A stretch of 47,689 bases of DNA, the filler included, from Jimgerdemannia flammicorona (Eukaryota): the NCBI GenBank assembly GCA_003990765.1. It is 2 parts of 2 records of this genome, joined end to end, with 100 filler letters (N's around TTAATTAATTAA, not from the genome) between each part and the next. Parts side by side here need not be neighbours in the genome. Positions count along the whole stretch, not along the records: positions 1 to 23,796 come from RBNJ01001064.1; positions 23,897 to 47,689 come from RBNJ01001065.1. One strand, written 5' to 3'. Made by a program: the position numbers and the translations under genes. The notes below the pieces were generated by a model, which saw only the letters and a program-made list of their open reading frames with translations, was not told the DNA's origin and searched no databases. Positions 23,100 through 35,021 of the stretch are shown here, piece by piece (the first letter of the stretch is position 1; each line of letters opens with the position of its first letter).

Positions 23100-23770
23100 A
23101 ATAAGATATTTCAATTTAGTACTACTATAGTTGACTTACTGCTAGTTAGTAGGTTAGCTTATATAAGCTATCATATTATATACTTAAAATAAATAAAATT
23201 AAATTAAATTTGCCTTTAATTTGATTTAATTCAAATTAAGACTCAATTTAATTTAATTAAAATTAAATCAAGATCCAATTTAATTTAATTTGAATTTACA
23301 AATCTCCAATTTAATTTAATTTTATTTAAATTTATTTAATTTATTTGTAAGTATTAATAATATAGTACTGCTGATCAGATCCTTCTTAGGCTAAGACTGC
23401 TCTAAGGCTATCTTTAGAGATATTTGTATATAAGATAAATAGTTTTTACAAGTTAGATTATATAAGAACTGGTACTATAGTTATATAGTATTTGAGTTCT
23501 CTAAAGATTAGTTCTTGTAGTATTATTTATTTATATAATACTTCTTTCTTAAGAAGAATTCAGATTGATATAACAATTTGAGCAAAGTTTTTAATAAATC
23601 TTCTATAGTAAGATACCAGTAAGAAGAATGATAGTATTTCTTTTAAAGTCTTAAATACTAGCTAGTATTGATCTTCTCAATCTATATGAGTTTTTTCTTT
23701 AGAGACTATGAATCTAAGAAATATATTTCTGTTTTCTAAAGTAGTACTTTTTAGTATTGAGTCTCAGATA
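23100..23770 (-). mobile_element. Decayed Ty3/gypsy pol fragment (RT connection - RNase H)
   Basis: Minus-strand relics YYRRFIKNFAQI..LLKK..QELIFRELK..VPVL..LYTNISKDSLRAVLA*EG, resuming after an insertion as IAYIS..VNYSSTKLKYL. Confidence 0.7.
23178..23356. mobile_element. Possible very old MITE of the same hAT-type family, inserted in gypsy RNase H
   Basis: Ends ATACTTAAAATAAAT / ATTTATTTGTAAGTATTA resemble decayed TIRs. Removing the segment plus one 8-bp flank restores a contiguous RNase H reading (DQQYYMIAY). Confidence 0.45.
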
Positions 23771-23796
23771 GTTTTTTTTTTTTTTTTATTTTTTTT

Positions 23797-23896
23797 NNNN
23801 NNNNNNNNNNNNNNNNNNNNNNNNNNNNNNNNNNNNNNNNTTAATTAATTAANNNNNNNNNNNNNNNNNNNNNNNNNNNNNNNNNNNNNNNNNNNN
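23797..23896. other. Artificial contig linker N44-TTAATTAATTAA-N44
   Basis: Exactly 100 nt, symmetric, with a 12-mer giving stops in all six frames. Confidence 0.97.
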
Positions 23897-23961
23897 TTTT
23901 TTTTGCCAGGAATCCGGAATCGACACTTTCCAGCTTTAACTCGTTACACGTGATTTTTCAG

Positions 23962-24649
23962 AAAATTTACTATGTTATCAACGCGACTGGAACTGGTCTC
24001 ACCCCTTTTGACTCGTGGCTTCTCTTGCGCGGGATCAAAACTCTCGCCGTACGCATGGACCGGCAGCAAGCCAATGCGGTGCGCGTTGTACAGTTCCTCG
24101 AAAATCATGGGTTCAAAGTGCATTTCCCTGGGTCTCGAAATCATCCGCAATTCGAACTTCATCAACGCATGTCTACGGGACCGGGAGCCGTGCTTAGTTT
24201 CGAGACAGGAGATGTTGGAATTTCTGAACGAATTGTGGAGGGTACCAAATTATGGGGAATTAGTGTGAGCTTTGGATGTGTGAATTCGTTGATTAGGTGA
24301 GTTTATTAATTTTCCGAGACAGCACATTTCTAATGCTTGTCTTACTATATTCACGTTTGTATTATCACTGTTAATTTCCGTTGTTAATTGTACAAAATTT
24401 TTTAATCGAACATTTCATTGTAGTATGCCATGTCGTATGTCTCACGCGTCGATTCCAGCACACATCCGTGCTGAACGTGCCTTGCCGGAGGATTTGATCC
24501 GGCTATGCGTTGGTATCGAAGATGTAGACGACCTGTTGGAGGACTTGTACGCTTCACTCGTTACCGCCGGGGCTCTGCCCATTGGCAAAAGGTTGGCATT
24601 GAATGGTGTAGGAAGAGTAAACGAATGGATTGGGGCACCTTCATCATGA
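23962..24649 (+). CDS. STR3: Cystathionine beta-lyase, last two exons (23962-24296, 24424-24649); 5' part lost at the contig edge
   Basis: GLTPFDSWLLLRGIKTLAVRM..GAVLSF..ISVSFGCVNSLI|SMPCRMSHASIP..LIRLCVGIED, the Cys/Met PLP-enzyme C-terminus with the beta-lyase-type SFGCVNSLISMP signature. Confidence 0.9.
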
Positions 24650-25161
24650 TCGGATTGGAGTTTCTTCTCAGGGTAGCAAAACGACACTACAGACGATTTT
24701 AAATGACCGACATGCCCGTGTAATGCTCGCGTTTGAAGCAAGTGCTTACCGTGATTGTTGCTGATAGAATTTCGAACCCAATTTGTAACACTAAGTAAAG
24801 GCACTGACATTGTGAATGACGATGGAGTTACTATTAGGTTTACGAGGTGAGCCAAGCCAATTAACCAAACCATAGAAGCCGCCCCATGGCCACCATCACC
24901 AAGCTGTCGAAACGGCTCGAAGTTTCGCATTTACTCTTCCACGAGTCTCTGAAACACCTGATGGGGATGGACGAGTGGAGCAAATGCAGGAGCGAGTGAG
25001 TGGAACGGAAGGGGATTTGGTTTGGTGAGGGCAATTGCCTTTTGTCTGTGTCAGTTACCCGCAAAGCCACTGCATGAAGTACAGTCCAATCACATGACGG
25101 TGGCCGAGTTCAAAAGCCCCCCGACCGTCACGCGCTGTAAAAGCATTCCTTTCACTGCTCC

Positions 25162-28100
25162 ATGGCCTCCAAACCGCCCACATTCTTCGCGAAACAGCAA
25201 GCAACCCTAAACAGCCATAATTGGGACTGGGTGGGCACTGCCGTTACCAACTCCCAAGACATTTCCACACTAAACGCCCGCCAGGTTTACGGCCTCACAC
25301 CAACCACTAGCAAACCTTATTGTGCCAACAAGTATGAGGTATCTGGTCACCACAGTTGTGACGAAGGTTCCCAGGTGTCTAATCCTGATGCCATTATTCC
25401 CGATAACGTCTCAATTGACGGCAGCGATGTTACGCATACCAATACCAACCTTGTTGAGAACAAGCTAGTTTCCGGACCAAAAATAATGAAAACAGCTCCG
25501 TCTACCCTGACGAAATGCAACACTAAATGTCGCGATAACCCAAACTGCTTGAGCAACCTGGGTCAAGAACTTTGGGAGGCGGAAGGTAAACAACACTCTC
25601 GTATGGCGCAATTCGCTCGAAGTAAACGTTTTCGCCTCAGCATTATCGCGTAAGCAACATCTACACGGTATACTACGTGTATACGGTCAATCCACAACCA
25701 AGCACTCACATATTTCCACTGTAAATTTGGAAAATATGACAGATGCCTTCAAGAGCTACTGCAAAGCTCAAAAGTTACTCGGCTATGATCCTTCGGAAGA
25801 ACGAAGAGACCCGGATTTACCGGTTGGTCTGCGGGTAAGCCTTGTTGCTCATTGTTATATCGTTACTTGTACCATTTCCGAATCTTTCTGCATGGGCAGT
25901 GAAACTCATTTTATACCACCATTGCTAGAACCTTGGGGCAACTTGTTATGTGAACAGCCTTCTGCAAGTATGGTTCCACGATCAAGCACTCCGGCGTGGA
26001 GTGTTCGCGTGCGAAAGTAAAGCACACGGGGTTGATAAAGTACGTATAGAGCATTGCACTCCTTACTAATAATCTTCAATATCATCGTTGGTAAACTCTC
26101 AGACCATCTCTCTCCAGAAATCGCCCATACACCATCTTCAGCATGTCTTTGCATACCTCCATCAAGGGAACCGGAACGTATATAACCCTGGCCACTTTGT
26201 CGAGAGCCTACAGTTGAGCACCTGTGAACAGCAAGACGCTCAGGAGTACGTCGTGGATTCCCAAATACTGTTTTCGATTTTGTTGACTAAAACAGAGCGT
26301 ATCACTGCCACAATGTCATTCCAAAATCCTCTAGGACTAACTAGCCGGACATTGCGTCGATGTGTTTGCTTTCGAAAAATTATCTGCAGGTTTTGCAAGC
26401 TTCTCATGTCTCTCCTCGAGATGGAATTTGCTGCACAACCACATGCTCATGTTAGATCTTTGATCAAGGACCAGTTTGAAGGTGCCTACGCGTATGGCAC
26501 CCGGTGCAAGCGATGCAATAACATATCGCTAAGGGACTGCTCGTTTTACGAACTCGAGTTGCAGATCAAGGTAAGGTGAGAGGGAACAAAACAATGTTAT
26601 CACTGAGGTGTATATTTTGGCTAGGAGGATTCAAAAAGGTTCCTAAATTGTAGGTGTTGAATAGTATAATATGATATATGGCGCCATTACTACATTTCAT
26701 TGAACCTTCGCATTAAGGACAATTCAACTCTGCAAGAGTGCATTCAAGAGTATTTGAAGCCGGAAATGCTAGAAGGTGCCAATCAGTACGTGATCAATTT
26801 TTCGCCTTTTATTGGGGGGGGGAGGGAGGCAGGGGGGGAGGGAGGGAGGGAGCATATCAGCTCGAAGAAAACGATATATTTACTTATCGTAACCTCTGAA
26901 ATCGTGTTGTCGTCCAATAATTTGGTCCTTTTCACAGATATCTGTGCCCCACTTGTCGGTCTATGCAGGATGCCGAGAGGTCAATACATTTGAAGTCTCT
27001 CCCACCGGTAAGCTTTTTACGCATCTACTAGCAACTGCCAAGTGAAATATAATGAGGGTATGGGTTCCTGCAAACATTTGTTATGTATTCAAACTCCGCA
27101 CTCGTTTTGCTCGCATCTGCTCACAATAAAATATCTAGGTTTTGAATATCCAGTTGTTACGTTTCATTTATGACACGACATCACTGACGAAGAAGAAAAT
27201 CAAGCGCACTGTCCGTTTTCCCAAAACAGTTGATATGCGCGAGTTCATTGATATTGATCACTGCGGGGATGCGGCCGGGAAACGAAAACGACCTAGGACG
27301 GACGATGGATATGGAGATAATAGTAGGGTGGAGGATAATGAGACCAAAGATACCAGCGATGACGAGTTCATCTACGATTTGACGGCTGTCCTGATCCATA
27401 ATGGGCCGAGCGCATACTCCGGGCACTTCATTGCTCATGTGTTCGATGAAAGGTATGCCACTACTCCATTGATCATCGCAACGTTTTATTATTACGACAA
27501 ACAGCGACTCGTCGTCAAAAAAAAAATCGCCTAATTATATACCTTGCCCGACCTCTTTTCCTTGTATGCAGTAGAAAGACTTGGTTCAAGCTGGACGACG
27601 AGACAGTTACGCGACTGGAGCCAAACGAAGAGTTTGATCCTGACAAGGAAAAAGAAGTGCCTGTAGATAAGAAACAGCCTGCTACTGCCGGACAGGTGAA
27701 GAAACCCAGGGGAAAAGGAAAAGGGAAACTGGCCGACGATCAAAGCCAAAGCGAAAAGAGCAACCAACAAGATCAGGGAACGCAGGCAAAAGAAACGGTG
27801 ATGTAAGTATCAACTCTCATTTACGATTTTTTTTTTTTTTTCCAAAAAAACCATCTACTATCTTGCCTGCTTATGCTATCTCGTACAAATGAATACTCGC
27901 TCCAGCATGCATTCGTCTCGAAACGCCTACATGCTTGCATACACCCGTCGCAGTCACCGCAGAAACCTAACTCTAGACGCTTGCCCTCCGCCATGGGCTG
28001 GAAAAGCAGTGGAAGCCGCGAATCTCGGATTTGAACAGGACGTAGAAGAGTACAAACAAAAGTCAGTTGGAAAATTATGATTGCGTTTACCTTAAATGAA

Positions 28101-31100
28101 TTATCATTGACTGCTTTTAAATCACTGTAGAATGGAATCGCTCAGAGACGATTTTGAGCGTAAACGAATGGAGCGTCGTAGCTTTTACACTATGTGGAAC
28201 GTGAAGAGCAATGAAGTATGTAAAAAGCTAAGTCTGCAAGGGTTTTATTGGTTTCGCGACAATGCATTTTCAATTATCTTCTAACCCTTTGATCCCATAA
28301 TGTAAACTTTGATTTCAACCACAACTACATTCCGGCAGGATGCTTCATATTATGTGGCAGCTGACGCATTGAGGACATGGTTGCATGACGATTTCGGGGT
28401 TTCACCTGACGTAATGCAAAATACCAAGGCCAGAAAACCCGAAGATAACGATATGAAAGTTATGACTGACGAAAAGCGTTGTGAAGAAGGGATGGTTGCA
28501 GTAGCATCTGATAATGACATTCCAATGACAGATTTGCATCCTGCTCTAGCGAATGATAGAATTTCTGTCGATGGAGACGTTGAAAACGGAAGAGCGATAT
28601 TAATGGAAATTGATACGGAAAATGAGATAGGATACGTTTCCAAAGGCGATTGTATTTCCGATGAAACCGATCCGAAGGATAACAAAACATTTGACAATGC
28701 AACCATCACTTGTGAACATGGTAATTTGGACCCTCTAGCTTTGGGAAAGGCCAAGAGGATCCGCGAGGTAAGTAATTCGGGTCCGCGAGCCGTTCTACGA
28801 TCTACTTGCAAACATATTGCTGCAATTCTTTCCCTCTTCTTTCTTTTGAGCGGCACGGATCAGGGCTAGTATAAGAGTTGTTACTATCTCCGAAGCATAC
28901 TCACCCAAATAGGACGCGTAATTTGTTTAGGAGGCTGGGGAAAGGCTTTTTACGGAATATGGATACGTGTTCCAGCCATTGCTAACTTCTCAGCATCTGT
29001 GTCGGGAATGCGTAAAGGAACTATTTGAAGGTATGCATAATAGGCGTTATTTCCTTGAGTGCGGGAGAAATTTGAGAGTGAAAGAGCTTGGCAGTTGGCA
29101 CTCGTACAATGACGGCATGGGTCTTTTATCGGAACAGACAAACTTTATTCCATCAAGCATCCTAAGGACGTCGACTTATTTCTAAAAAGAGAGCGCGAAA
29201 AAACAAAGCTACCCAAACAATACTTTTGGATATCAAAGGAATGGCTGAGAGGTGAGGTGCGAACTGCAAGTCCCAATTGTCAAGCATGTCCGTTTTTTTT
29301 TTTTTTGCAAGGACGCTTGTTCACTATTAAATATGGGCTTCCATGATTCCATGAACGAAGAATGGAAGAAAAAAACTCCCCGGTTCCACATCGCGCATTC
29401 TTCGGTAGATCCTCGACCAGACGCCGATCCTTGGATATCTCACGTGAAGTGCAAACATGGCGCGCTGACGTTGAACGATAGAAACAGGGAAAATATACCG
29501 AAATCTGTAAGAAATTTTCTCTGGCTCTGCTGTTTCATAGCATCGGCAATCTATGGGACTTATTGTAACTCACTTACGGTCAACGTGTTCCTCATTCAGG
29601 CCTATGAGTTCCTTCAACAGCTTTTTCCTGGACTAGAATGCTTCACTAATGCTACAGATGTCTGCGAAGCTTGCCAGAGTTTGGAAGAGATGAAGCTTGA
29701 GGACACCAAGGAATATCGCGAACAAGCCGAGATCGAGCGGAATGAGCTGAAGTCCCTGCTAAACTCAAATAAGAATACTAGGATTCATGGTGGAACCTCG
29801 TACCGGTTGATTGAAAAAGGTAGGTTGATTGAGAGAACTTCCTTTTTTGCCCATCATTCTCTTTTCATCGTTCAAAAACTACTTGTGTTTCATACAGATT
29901 TCTTGGATGCCTGGCGACGGTTTATTCGAAACCCAAACAACAGCCAGCGACCCGGCATGATCGATAATAGCCAATTTCTCTGCGCGGATCACAACAAACT
30001 GGTTTATGACTTGAATATAGCGGAAGATGCCACTTGTGGCGAGTTTGAAATCATACAGCAGGACGAGTGGGATTACGTGATCGCCTTATACAAGGGAGGA
30101 CCCGATATTACCTTGATGCAAATGGACAAAGTGAATGTGGAGGGACAAGAGGAAACGAAATCCGACTCCAGAATTATAACCGTACCTGAGTTGTGTGAGG
30201 GTTGCAGAATGAAACGGTGAGTTAGTGTGTCATCGTCTTAGCTAATGGTTTAGGAGTTCCGACCCTATATCGATTGACTCAAATCCTTCATGAGCAGCAA
30301 ACTCGATTACGAGGAGGGGACGATTTTTATACGCAAAACTGATATTACAACAGTCCATGGACACCAAGTAGACCGTAAGGTGTGCGCAGGGTCTACATCA
30401 TCGTCGGAAGAGCTTGCCAACTCATATGATCATGAACACCATTCTTTTCGGAACAACGTTTGTTCTGATGTCATAATCCCCAATAACAACGGCAACCAGC
30501 CGTCGCATATCCTTGGCGTTGAACAAGGTGGAGGTGAAGATGACGACGACGATGCTGCAGATGCAACTTATAGAGTCTCATCAACAACATCACGCGCAAC
30601 GAGAAGTGGGCGGGGTCCTCAAGCACACAAGGGTGGCCGTGGAAGGATAAAAAAGACCGTAACCAGAAAACAGCGAGTGACAGTGTTGGGTCCAACTAGA
30701 CGATCCAAAAGGTTGAAGCGGAATACAGGGGACGGGACGGGGAAGGCAGATGGACAGATGGTCAAGGTGACCATGAACAAGGATGATACGGTGAAAGCAT
30801 TGAAAGTCAAGGTGGGTGTGATATGTGTCTCTTGTCTTCCAAATATGATTGCAACATTAAAACTAGTAATTGATATATGACTCACGTATCGTATTTTGGA
30901 ACGTAGATCATGGACCAACTCAAGATTGTCCCAATTTACCAGCGGCTATTTCTCGAAAAACGCGAGCTCGAGGACAACGATGTTACTATGGGTCAATTGG
31001 GCGTTGTTCCGGGGACAACGATCGACTTGGTTGAATTTGAAGAAGGGGAGGACGAAGGTGATGTGGTCGCAGCAGATGGTGGGTCTTTCTTCTGTATCGC

Positions 31101-31356
31101 CTCTCTGTTAATGAAGGAGGCCCTCACTGATGGTCCATATCTATATTTATCATGTTTCTTAGATTGGAGTCAGGTCCACAAGGTGGAAGGTGGGTTTAAA
31201 GGCACGGGGCTGGTGGGTCTTTTATTCAATAACGGTGGAGAAGGAGGTCCAGTGGCGAGCGGAACGAGTGGATCCATAGGGTGGAGTTGCAGTGTGTGCA
31301 CGTTTGTCAACTATAGTGAGCAATCGGTGTGCCAGATTTGTGACAGCCCGAAATAG
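25162..31356 (+). CDS. USP48: Ubiquitin carboxyl-terminal hydrolase, USP48-like (multi-exon), with DUSP-like domains, C-terminal UBL and RanBP2/NZF finger
   Basis: CRDNPNCL N-terminal motif; Cys box VGLR|NLGATCYVNSLLQVWF; QQDAQE; FYELELQI; His box YDLTAVLIHNGPSAYSGHFIAH..WFKLDD; SSRNAYMLAY; CEHG and CKHG DUSP zinc motifs; UBL TVKALKVK|IMDQLKIVPIYQRL; EGGFKGTGL; WSCSVCTFVN..CQICDSPK. Confidence 0.92.
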
Positions 31357-31699
31357 AATCACAATGTCATCATGGCAACTTGAGTGTGACGTGAAGGTTC
31401 TTCGGTCGGTGATCGACACATAATAAAATGTTCATAGTGTGCTAGTGTTTCAATAAGACGAGCACGGCATTTATATTTTTATAGATAGAAGTGATCCTAT
31501 ACATCGGTGTGTCGAAAGATATGATATTCTTGCATACAACTCAACGAAATACTTGTGCCTTTATTCTACCTTTTGAGGTCTGCTGTCCAGACCTTGCAAA
31601 GAAAAGATATTATTCAGCATTGTATTTACAAATTTACATATATATTTATGTTGCCTCTGTTTTATATGAAGTTGTTCATAATGATAAGCCATAATTTGT

Positions 31700-34600
31700 A
31701 TAGTAAAGATAATGCAGTGGAGGAAGAGGGCCCAGTGGGAGCCAGAGGAGCAAACCCAGAGCCAGTGTCAAAGCAAATGGAAGATATGTGGAGAAGCATG
31801 TATAAGGGGGATGAATAAAGAATATAACTGAATATGCATCAGCCATTTATTGCCATGCAAAAGCATGGTCCTTATATACAAAATACGAGATCCTAAAAGA
31901 GAAGACATGTAACAACTCAGGGTGAACTAAATCAGGAACCACATGACCACTAGAGATAAGCAGAGATAAAAGGGGAGCCAATCCCAGTTATAGGATAAAA
32001 ATCACAAACAAACACAAATAAAATAAATCCAAAATGAGATTAAAAAATATCTACAGACTCTAGAGGAGTGAGCATGAGTGAGGGGTGAGGCTGAAATGGA
32101 GTGAGCTGCAGCAAGTCTGAGTAAAGCAAGGGGCCAAAGGCAGCAGAGGGGAGTGGAGTAAGGCTGAGATCTCAGAGCAAGTGCAAGATCCCAGAGAGGG
32201 CAAGAATGTTTTTTAATCCTCTCTGGCAGAACTGGAGGTACCAAAAGGTGATGAAAATGTAAAACAAGAGCAATAGATTAAAGAAGAAATAGAAAGAAGA
32301 TGTGAATGGGTAATCAGAGGGCATCAGAGAAGAGATAAAAGTCTATAGTGTAAAAGAGAAGAGCACAGGATGGTGTCAGAGCATTGAGCAATCCAGCAAG
32401 TATAATCAAATAGTATAATAAGAATCAGGGGTGGGAAAGAAGAGGGGGTATAGAGTAGATAAGAGGGGAGAGAGAGGAGGAGGGGGGGTAAAGGAGAGAG
32501 AGGAGAGAGGAGAAGGGGGGGTAAAGGAGAGAGAGGAGAGAAGAGCAAACAACAGACTATTCAACAGAAGCAAGCAGATCATGAATGATAGAAATAAGGT
32601 AGACACAATGATGGACCATGAAGTTGCCAAAAATCTGAACAGCAAACACCCAGTCAGAATGATGGGAATAGCATAGTATAAGATGACAAACCTTACTACA
32701 AATATATTCAAGAAGAGTGTGATAAAGATGATTAGAATAGAAGTCAGAGAACTGTTGGGAATGGGGGAAGTGAGAATAAACAATAGTTCAGAAGAGAGAA
32801 AGAGAAATAGAAAGGTCCAAAAAAGAAACACTAGTCATACTACACACCCAAGTAATAAAATAATGGGGAGGGTAGATACTAATGAATACACTAGGAATAT
32901 CTATATCAGCAACAACAAGATCAATAAAGTCATCAATATATCAGCAAAAAAAGATATCCCCAGCCCAGAATGCAATGGAAAGAGGTAAAGAAGGATCACA
33001 TATTGCATGAAGTTCATGGGCCAGACCAATGAGATTAGTAAGGGTGGGGGCACAATTCATTCTCATAGCAATATCAGAAGTTTGATGAAAGGAGCCAAGG
33101 GCCAACTCAAAATAATTAGAGCTGCAGATGAGAAGCATAACCTCAATGATAGAAGCCAATGAAATAGGAGAATCCAAAAAAAAAAACAATAGAACCCAAG
33201 AAGTAAAGACAATTATCAATCTTATCAAAATAAATAGTAGTATAGAAGAAAGATAAATCATCAGAAGTCAAATAAGAGAAACAGTGAATAGACACAATAG
33301 TGGAATAAAGAAAAGTGAGCTTCTGAGTATCATGAAGAATAGTATACTCAGACCCAAGACAGTGTTGTAGAAGAGCTATTTAAGAGAGAAAGAAGCAGAA
33401 TAACTATTTCGAGATCTTAGTGGTAGGTGAACTATAAGCAGCTGCAATGAGATGTCAAGCCAGGATGGGCTTATGGACATTGAAAAGAGTATAGAAAACA
33501 GAAAGACAGATATCCAAAGAGGACAAAGAGTCCTGGAAGAAGTTAAAAATGGAGTTCATAAAGGGAGAATCTGAAAGTAATCTAGCATGAGTCAGAGAAA
33601 TCCAAAGAAGAGTGAGAATCTTATCTAATTCAAGAGTACTAGGCTTATAAGCTATGGCTTAAAGGAGGGCAGTAAGGTCATCAAGGTAGAGTGACTTTGG
33701 AATAAGTATAAAACCCTGATTCTTATCAGTGACTGTGAGCAAATACAAAGGCAGTTACTTGATCAATTTGAGTACAGTATACATAGTATGGTCCAAAACC
33801 AAGCAAGAGTGAGCATATCTAGAAATGGACAGTAAGCAAGCCATATTAAGGAATATATAATATGAAGAGATATTGGAAGGGGGGGCCCAATTGCTTAGAA
33901 CATAATAGAAAGAGAATATCTCACCATAATCTTTAAAGAAGATGGCAAGGTCAAGAGCATGATGAAAATATATAAGACAAGTCAGATCAGTGGAGGAAAA
34001 TTGGGAGGGAGTCATAGGAAAAACAAAGTGAAGACTCAGAGATAAGGCAAAGACTTGAAGAAGAGAAAGGGGGCAGTCAGTCTGAGAAAAAGGGGGAGAT
34101 AGAAGAGCTTTAGAAGAAGAATAAACTCAAAAATTCGAGATTAGCAACTGGGAAAGATGAAAGAGAAATAGCATGAGAAACCACTCAGGGTATACCAGAA
34201 GCAATGACAGAATCCAAATAGAGATGGAGACACTGGGAGAGAACCATGCCAGGGGGAAGTTTAAGAGCAGGAGGCCTTCTCCTTTTCTCTGACTTTTTTT
34301 AAAGGTAGTGAGCCTAATGAATGGGAGTACACCCTATCAGAGTACTAGACCTTATGGCTATAGGCTTTTGTATAGTCCTTATATTTAGTAGTATGGATAG
34401 AGAAGGCAGAGAAGGAACCAGTGGAGGAGGTGGAGAGAGAGCAAGCAGCTAAAGGGGCAGCAGTATAAGGGACACTACCATAGAAGCAGACAGACTTGAC
34501 CAGGTGCCAATAGGTATGGTGGAGGTGACCAGAGCAGATAGTATAAGGCCAAGCCCCAATGGAGCAAGAACTAAGTTAGCAGCCACACTTGGGGGCAGGG

Positions 34601-35020
34601 GGAATAGAGGAGGCCTTGGCAGGGGAGGGGGACTAGGAAGAGGCTGATGAAGTCTGGTTAGGCTTGGCAGGGGTCTTGGCAGGAGCTTTGGCAGCAGTGG
34701 TGGCAAAGAAATGAACCTTGGTATGAGCAGCAACATGAGCCTCAGTATGGATGGCCTCAGACCAAAACCTCAGGAGAGGCAGGCAAGGAAGCAATGGTGG
34801 TGGCATAAGCAGCAGTAGTAGTGTATATCATTTCCTGCTTGTGGAGGCAAGTGACAAAAGAGGTACCAGCAAGAAGGAAGTGATGAACAGTGTCAATGTT
34901 GGTGGTGGCAGAAGGAACTTCATAAGTAGTAAAATCACAGAAAGGAGTAGCATCCAAAAGACAAGAGGTGGTGAGGGCCATGAAGGAGGCACAAGTATGT
35001 TGAAAGGAGATAGGATGCCA
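31700..35020 (-). mobile_element. Decayed Penelope-like retroelement (PLE-type RT)
   Basis: Minus-strand motifs in order: LSLSLHFVFP (about 34030), TDKNQGFIL (about 33720), FYTLFNVHKP..LIAAAYSSPT (about 33420-33500), NYFE..FHQTSDIAMRMNCAPTLTNL (about 33035-33120), YIDDF (about 32925-32940), FLNI (about 32700). These fit PLE RT consensus motifs. Outer limits uncertain. Confidence 0.72.
32460..32545. repeat. Purine-rich short tandem repeat (GGAGAGAGAGGAGAGAGGAGAAGGGGGGGTAAA-like)
   Basis: About 2.5 imperfect units seen directly. Confidence 0.8.
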
Positions 35021-35021
35021 T

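Noticed and set aside
24442..25070. Minus-strand ORFs between the beta-lyase and USP48 genes
   Set aside because: They overlap the beta-lyase last exon and the USP48 promoter region; no domain signal or convincing splice model.
20032..31356. Apparent ubiquitin-themed cluster (UBZ gene, BTB-SPRY, USP48)
   Set aside because: USP48 lies across the artificial linker, so the adjacency is not evidence of a cluster.
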